A DNA stretch of 64,000 nt from Candidatus Tayloriibacteriota bacterium. Its GTDB lineage: Bacteria > Patescibacteriota > Minisyncoccia > Phycocordibacterales > PALSA-1337. Positions 59,044 to 64,000 of this stretch are shown here, piece by piece. Each line of letters begins with the position of its first letter. Within the stretch, counting starts at the first letter, position 1. The position numbers and the translations under genes were made by a program. Under the pieces are notes generated by a model. It was given only the letters and a program-made list of their open reading frames with translations, made no database searches and was not told where the DNA came from. The stretch covers positions 91,787 to 155,786 of the forward strand of contig JACRJP010000004.1 of assembly GCA_016215455.1 (NCBI GenBank). Direction: 5' to 3'.

Positions 59044-59559
59044 ATGAGAACACAAACGATTCGAGTCAACGACCGCATGCAAAAAGAGTACAGCTATGAG
59101 TTGACTGAACCTACTGGTAAAAACTTCGATCCGCAATTCAAACCTCCTCTCACACCACAACAGATGCTTGAACTTGGAGTATTCGGGGGTGTATACATGC
59201 GTGACTGTACCAAAGAATTTCCAGAAAGCTGGTTTACTTCTGCAAAATTTCAGGATAAGAATTCATACAAACCAAATCCAAAACTCAACTATTTTGGTGT
59301 AAACGCATCACAACCACTTTCTGTATGGCGAGCAAAAGGATGGATTTACAAAGATGATCCTCGTGGATGGTTTCAATGGTATTGTCGTTATTACCTTGGT
59401 CGACGATGTCCTGATGATACACGCCAAATCAAGCGCTGGCTTGCAATGCGTCGACATATCATGCAAATCAAAAATAATTGCAGAGCAGGAGATATTAACT
59501 GTCGCCGAAAGCAACGACAAGCGCTCCTTCACTGGGCATACGATAGTAGAAATTTGTAG
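59044..59559 (+). CDS. conserved uncharacterised protein
   Basis: TPQQMLELGVFGG, NYFGVNA, DPRGWFQWYCRYYLGRR, RQALLHW; probable start 59044. Confidence 0.75.
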   Translation: MRTQTIRVNDRMQKEYSYELTEPTGKNFDPQFKPPLTPQQMLELGVFGGVYMRDCTKEFPESWFTSAKFQDKNSYKPNPKLNYFGVNASQPLSVWRAKGWIYKDDPRGWFQWYCRYYLGRRCPDDTRQIKRWLAMRRHIMQIKNNCRAGDINCRRKQRQALLHWAYDSRNL

Positions 59560-59571
59560 TGTCTAAGAAGC

Positions 59572-60189
59572 TTATGAAACCTTCTTAATCTTATTTTCAT
59601 CGGCGACTCTCCATAATATCTTGGCAGCATAGGTACGATATGGAGCCCATGATTTTGAGAGTTGTACCATCTTCTTTTGACTTGGTAATTTTCGAAGACC
59701 GTAAATATACATAATCCCCTTCTGAAGACCGAGGTCTCCTGTAGAAAAAATATCTTCACGACCAAGGGAGAACATTAGGATCATTTCTGCTGTCCAAGGA
59801 CCAATACCTTTTACTTTCGTTAATGTTGTAATAACTTCATCATCTTGAAGATGATGAATATTTGTAAGATTAAGATGGGCTTGTTCAACCGCCTGAGCAA
59901 GACTTTTTATAGCTATGATTTTTGCATTTGAAAAACCACACTCGCGGAGTGCTCCATCATTTATTTTAAGCACATGAGGAGCTATGAACTTTTTCTTCCC
60001 TAACAACTTTTCTAATCTACCAAATATTGTATCGGCAGCCTTGCCTGATAATTGTTGTGAAGCAATCGCTCGAACAAGATCACGAAACACGTTATCTGAT
60101 ATTTTAATCGTATCAATCTTGTGTACTAAAGAAGCCCTGTACAGAATCGGGTCCGTCCTTTTGAAATGTTGCTGGGCTTTATGATACAT
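59572..60189 (-). CDS. DNA-3-methyladenine glycosylase II (AlkA/HhH-GPD family)
   Basis: QQLSGKAA, KGIGPWTAEM, GDLG, WAPYRT. Confidence 0.9.
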   Translation of the reverse strand: MYHKAQQHFKRTDPILYRASLVHKIDTIKISDNVFRDLVRAIASQQLSGKAADTIFGRLEKLLGKKKFIAPHVLKINDGALRECGFSNAKIIAIKSLAQAVEQAHLNLTNIHHLQDDEVITTLTKVKGIGPWTAEMILMFSLGREDIFSTGDLGLQKGIMYIYGLRKLPSQKKMVQLSKSWAPYRTYAAKILWRVADENKIKKVS

Positions 60190-60194
60190 ACTCT

Positions 60195-60707
60195 TTACAC
60201 CTTATCACTCGCATAGCGTTTTTTACGATACCAATATACCGCATATATAAGAATAAGGAATCCTACGTTCGTAAAAAATATAATTGGTGTTGACCAGGGT
60301 ATTCCATTAATCGGAGTAAATGCAAATGGCCATAAATATGGTGTAGGGAAAAATTCTGTCGAATGTGTAAAGAGATCAAGAAATATATGAAATGGCCACG
60401 CAAGCATTTCCCATATTGGTCGTTTAAACAATGCCCATACAATACAAAATACGAGTATGAATATAACAAAGCTGTGTGTGATGTCATAAAGACCACTCAC
60501 ATACTGGGGAATCTCAGCAAGATCGGGTTTACCTGAACGTATGTGCCAAGTACCCGTGAAGGCCGAACGAATAAGTCTTTCTAAGAAAAGAATACCGAAT
60601 GAAAGAAAATCGGGACCAATACCGAAAACAAAACTCGCCCAAAAGCTTTTTTTATTTTTTCTACCAAAAATAATACCTCCCCAAAGTCCGTGTGAAAGAA
60701 TATCCAT
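60195..60707 (-). CDS. membrane metal-dependent hydrolase (YdjM-like)
   Basis: SHG, PD, THS, HIFLDLFTH, LWP. Confidence 0.75.
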   Translation of the reverse strand: MDILSHGLWGGIIFGRKNKKSFWASFVFGIGPDFLSFGILFLERLIRSAFTGTWHIRSGKPDLAEIPQYVSGLYDITHSFVIFILVFCIVWALFKRPIWEMLAWPFHIFLDLFTHSTEFFPTPYLWPFAFTPINGIPWSTPIIFFTNVGFLILIYAVYWYRKKRYASDKV

Positions 60708-60798
60708 GAGAGAAGTATAGCAAAAAATATTAAAAAATTGCCTTTATTAAAAGAAAAGCGTAATCTGTGACTAGAAAACAACTTTACAGTCTTAGGGT

Positions 60799-61356
60799 AT
60801 GGAACCAGACCTAAAACAATTTCACACATGGCACCTCATTCGGGCCATACTGTTACGAGCAAGTGCTCAGTATCACAGTGCAGGAATATCATCAGGTCGA
60901 TCTCATGCTTCATATGTCTATGACGCATGGGCACTCACCTTCCCTTACTCGGGACCCCAACTTCTCGATACTCCCATCGAAAAACTCAGGGATGAGTTAT
61001 TGCAACGTGATCCGCTAATCAAAAATGGCCAACAAGTTTTTTGTTTTGACCTCAGAGGACTTAGCTCAGCTGAGATTACGGCAGTGACAATACACTGCAT
61101 GGCGGAATGTCATTCGTATCTCTCAACCGACGGATATCATCTACATGATGCCGTTACCGCAACGGACACTGTCATTGATTTCTTTGGAAAAGTTCGCGCA
61201 GACTTAGCCGGATTTATTCCTAGAAATCTCGAAAAGAGACGTCGTCACCTTAACCCTTCTGAAATTCCAGAACTCAAAGGCTTAGTCGAGGAACTCAATC
61301 ATCGCCGGGATCTCATCGTCATTGACCCCTACAAAGGCATTCAACCCAAGAGCTGA
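60799..61356 (+). CDS. orphan hypothetical protein (185 aa)
   Basis: Own promoter TTGCCT-17-TAATCT at about 60738. Confidence 0.6.
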   Translation: MEPDLKQFHTWHLIRAILLRASAQYHSAGISSGRSHASYVYDAWALTFPYSGPQLLDTPIEKLRDELLQRDPLIKNGQQVFCFDLRGLSSAEITAVTIHCMAECHSYLSTDGYHLHDAVTATDTVIDFFGKVRADLAGFIPRNLEKRRRHLNPSEIPELKGLVEELNHRRDLIVIDPYKGIQPKS

Positions 61357-61362
61357 ATACTC

Positions 61363-61749
61363 TTATTTTTTATTCTCTTCCGGATTAAGATCGAGACACA
61401 CTGAGTTTAAACAATAACGTTTGCCTGTTACTGTTGGACCATCATTAAATACATGCCCGAGATGTGAACCGCATTTTGCACAAACCACTTCAATTCGCTG
61501 CATTCCATGACTTTGATCGATAATTTCTTTGACTGCACCTGGTAATGCCTGATCAAAAGAAGGCCAACCTGTACCACTATCAAACTTAGCTGTTGAAGGA
61601 AATAGTGGACTACTACACACCTTACACATATATGTACCTGATTTCTTCTCGTGAAGAAGCTTGCCACTAAAAGGCGCTTCGGTTCCCTTCTCACGGAGTA
61701 CATGATATTCCTCGGGTGTTAATTTTTGTTTAAGTTCTTGTTCGTTCAT
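61363..61749 (-). CDS. msrB: peptide-methionine (R)-S-oxide reductase
   Basis: [32 protein letters not shown]. Confidence 0.96.
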   Translation of the reverse strand: MNEQELKQKLTPEEYHVLREKGTEAPFSGKLLHEKKSGTYMCKVCSSPLFPSTAKFDSGTGWPSFDQALPGAVKEIIDQSHGMQRIEVVCAKCGSHLGHVFNDGPTVTGKRYCLNSVCLDLNPEENKK

Positions 61750-61761
61750 ATAAAAATTATA

Positions 61762-62415
61762 TCATAGCGACTTATCTACCTTTTGTTCTTCTAAAAACTT
61801 CTTACCATGTCCAACATGTGTATTAATAAGGACTCCTTTCTTACACAATGGACAGTTTGCAGCTTCATACGAAACAACCTTGAATTCAGCAAGAGAATCG
61901 ATGGGAACCCCCAGATCTTTTGAATTGACCAATTCTGGATCTTTATTAACCATGACACATATCGCCTCGATAATTCCACCAGCCTTCTTAACACTCATCA
62001 CGGTTTTTTCTATAGATCCTCCAGTGGTCGCAAGGTCTTCAATAACCAAAATTCTTTTCCCTTGTACAAAAGCATCATACCCTCGAGTAAATATTTGATT
62101 TTTCGCAGCATCTTTTTCGGTATACACACCAAGTACTTCTCTACCAGTAAACTTTGATAAAGAATGCGCCGTCCATTGAGATAAGATAATTCCCCCGAGA
62201 GCAGGGGCAACGACAACATCAATATTTCGATCTTTATATTTAAGAGCAAACATTTCTCCTACTTGTGCCACAGCACTCGTATGAGGAAAAAGCATATCTT
62301 TATTAACATATGTATCAAAATGTCGACCTGATGTGCCAACAAAATGGTCAGGACCTACAATAGCACCCACACTTCTCAAAATTTCTATAACATCTTTCAT
62401 AGCAATAGACTTCAT
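61762..62415 (-). CDS. orotate phosphoribosyltransferase-like PRTase
   Basis: HFVGTSGRH, VIEDLATTGGS PRPP loop, C-terminal CPLC. Confidence 0.8.
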   Translation of the reverse strand: MKSIAMKDVIEILRSVGAIVGPDHFVGTSGRHFDTYVNKDMLFPHTSAVAQVGEMFALKYKDRNIDVVVAPALGGIILSQWTAHSLSKFTGREVLGVYTEKDAAKNQIFTRGYDAFVQGKRILVIEDLATTGGSIEKTVMSVKKAGGIIEAICVMVNKDPELVNSKDLGVPIDSLAEFKVVSYEAANCPLCKKGVLINTHVGHGKKFLEEQKVDKSL

Positions 62416-62951
62416 TTTAACAACTGTGCAAATCTCTTTTGTAATTTCTCAAGTTTGGGCGCGATAACAATCTGACAATATGGAGCATCTGCATGATTGT
62501 CATAGTATTCATGATGATAATCTTCAGCTTCATAGAACTCGATAAGCGGTACAATTTCAGTTACAACTGGTTTTTCATATGCTTGTGCAGCATTCAGTTC
62601 TTTGACTAAAGATTCAGCTTTTTGTCGCTGTTCATCACTGGTATAAAAGATAGTAGAACGATACTGGGTACCAACATCATTTCCCTGTCGATTGAGTGTT
62701 GTTGGATCATGTGTATTAAAAAATACCGCAAGTAAATCATCGTAGGTAATGATCGTAGGATCATAGATAATTTTAATTCCTTCGGCATGACCAGTATTAC
62801 CGTTTGAAACTTGTTCATATGTTGGATTTTTTATCGTCCCTCCAACATACCCTGGTTTCACTGACTGAACCCCCTTAAGCATCGCAAAGACTGCTTCAGT
62901 ACACCAAAAACATCCATTAGCAAACACTGCGGTTGTGAGATTAGTCTCCAT
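62412..62951 (-). CDS. msrA: peptide-methionine (S)-S-oxide reductase
   Basis: GCFWC, GHAE, HDPT, QYRS, AEDYH. Confidence 0.96.
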   Translation of the reverse strand: METNLTTAVFANGCFWCTEAVFAMLKGVQSVKPGYVGGTIKNPTYEQVSNGNTGHAEGIKIIYDPTIITYDDLLAVFFNTHDPTTLNRQGNDVGTQYRSTIFYTSDEQRQKAESLVKELNAAQAYEKPVVTEIVPLIEFYEAEDYHHEYYDNHADAPYCQIVIAPKLEKLQKRFAQLLK

Positions 62952-63080
62952 GAGATAAGTATAACAAAAAATAATTCCAACAACTCTTTTTACACTACTT
63001 CATCAAAGATATTTACACATATGATATTATGTGGTACTCTACCAACCAGGTCAGAACAACATCATACACAGTCGAATCGA

Positions 63081-63452
63081 ATGAAATCGCCAGTTCTTAT
63101 CATCCAGACATCACAAACGGGTTTGGCCCTGACAAAGAAGAGCTTGAAAAAAGCTGGGTTAATTGAAGACCAAGACTTCGTGATCACCGATAATCCGACA
63201 TCTCTGGAATCACAAGTGATCGCCGATACGCCACAACTACTCATTACGGGGATGTTTAACGGCAACAGCATCGCTGCAACGGCCTTTGTCCAAAAGATGA
63301 AAAAGGTGAACACGAAGCTTAAAGTGGGAGCCTTTTCATCTGGGGATATTCTCTCCGGAGAACCCTATGATGTGGTGCTTCACAAAGGCATCGGGGTGAA
63401 TTTTGCACAAACACTCGTCGATGCGGTGAAAAATTTCTTGACCGCCAAATAG
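63081..63452 (+). CDS. atypical (pseudo-)receiver domain protein
   Basis: CheY-like strand pattern VLIIQT / PQLLITG / VGAFSS / VVLHK without the acidic residues. Confidence 0.5.
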   Translation: MKSPVLIIQTSQTGLALTKKSLKKAGLIEDQDFVITDNPTSLESQVIADTPQLLITGMFNGNSIAATAFVQKMKKVNTKLKVGAFSSGDILSGEPYDVVLHKGIGVNFAQTLVDAVKNFLTAK

Positions 63453-63481
63453 TTTCAAGGCGCGAATCAAGGCTTTTTATT

Positions 63482-64000
63482 TTATCCAATACAATCCAAT
63501 AATTCCTGTCTGCCCTCTTTCGTTTTTGAACTACACGGAACAATATGAGCCTGAGGGAGAAGATTGGCAATAACTTTCATAGCTGCTACTTTCTCATTAC
63601 CGCTTAATTTATCAATCTTATTCGCAGCAACAATAACTTCTACCCCGTCATTTTTAAGCGTTGTATATACTTCTACATCTTGAGGTGAAGGACCAACAAC
63701 AGCATCAAGTACTAATACAATTTTTCGTTGTGGTAAAGGAAGTGAAAGATACCAAACAATTAACTTCTCGAGAGCTTGTCGTTCAACCAAAGGAATATTT
63801 GCAAAGCCATAACCAGGAACATCAACAAAATAATATTTTTTATTTACCAAAAAAAAGTTGATCTCTTGTGTCTTACCTGGTGTCTTCCCTGTCTTTACCA
63901 AATCTTTCTGACTCAATAAAGTATTCATGAGACTTGATTTACCGACATTTGAACGACCAATAAAACCTGTATGAGGCATATCAACAAGAGGATCAGTTCC
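63482..64000 (-). CDS. engB: ribosome biogenesis GTPase EngB/YihA (5' end outside window)
   Basis: GRSNVGKSS, TPGKT, DVPGYG, NKIDK. Confidence 0.93.
   Translation of the reverse strand, partial: GTDPLVDMPHTGFIGRSNVGKSSLMNTLLSQKDLVKTGKTPGKTQEINFFLVNKKYYFVDVPGYGFANIPLVERQALEKLIVWYLSLPLPQRKIVLVLDAVVGPSPQDVEVYTTLKNDGVEVIVAANKIDKLSGNEKVAAMKVIANLLPQAHIVPCSSKTKEGRQELLDCIG

Noticed and set aside
1-64000. CRISPR array or cas operon, prompted by the Cas4-like domain
   Set aside because: No regularly spaced direct repeats and no cas1/cas2 or effector genes seen; the Cas4-like domain is part of a DUF2779 fusion
1-64000. Alternative genetic code (UGA=Gly, as in Gracilibacteria/Absconditabacteria)
   Set aside because: Core genes are full length under code 11 and several end in TGA

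Overview
About 38-40% GC bacterial chromosome segment read with code 11. Gene content points to a reduced Patescibacteria/CPR (Parcubacteria-like) genome; this is an inference from the HTH-MurA fusion, helicase-degenerate PriA, short ProRS, two MreB paralogues and many orphan genes. Core genes lie mostly on the minus strand: mraZ-rsmH-ftsL-ftsI...murF, lysS-greA, mreB-mreC-(mreD)-pbp2, proS, rseP, frr, holB, a second mreB, hpf, msrA/msrB and engB; HTH-murA, priA, def and fmt are on the plus strand. There are two tRNAs (Glu-CTC, Asn-GTT), each with an accessory region at its 3' side, plus a CsoR-regulated copper locus. The most notable items are: (1) an ORF-free, roughly 340-nt, highly structured RNA with its own sigma70 promoter and terminator inside the tRNA-Asn island; (2) a tightly coupled four-gene candidate defence operon (Type IIG-like REase-MTase, HEPN-motif DUF3644, WYL-like, Cas4-like/DUF2779 nuclease); (3) a 607-bp integrase-free expression cassette bounded by a duplication of the mreB 3' end; (4) an AT-rich module of 7TM sensor, EamA exporter, 43-aa peptide and PurD-like ligase grafted onto a host-like kinase core; (5) degenerate boundary motifs between island modules; (6) pervasive leaderless-type promoter architecture. 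No CRISPR array, rRNA, integrase or transposase was seen. All protein calls come from motif recognition, not database searches.
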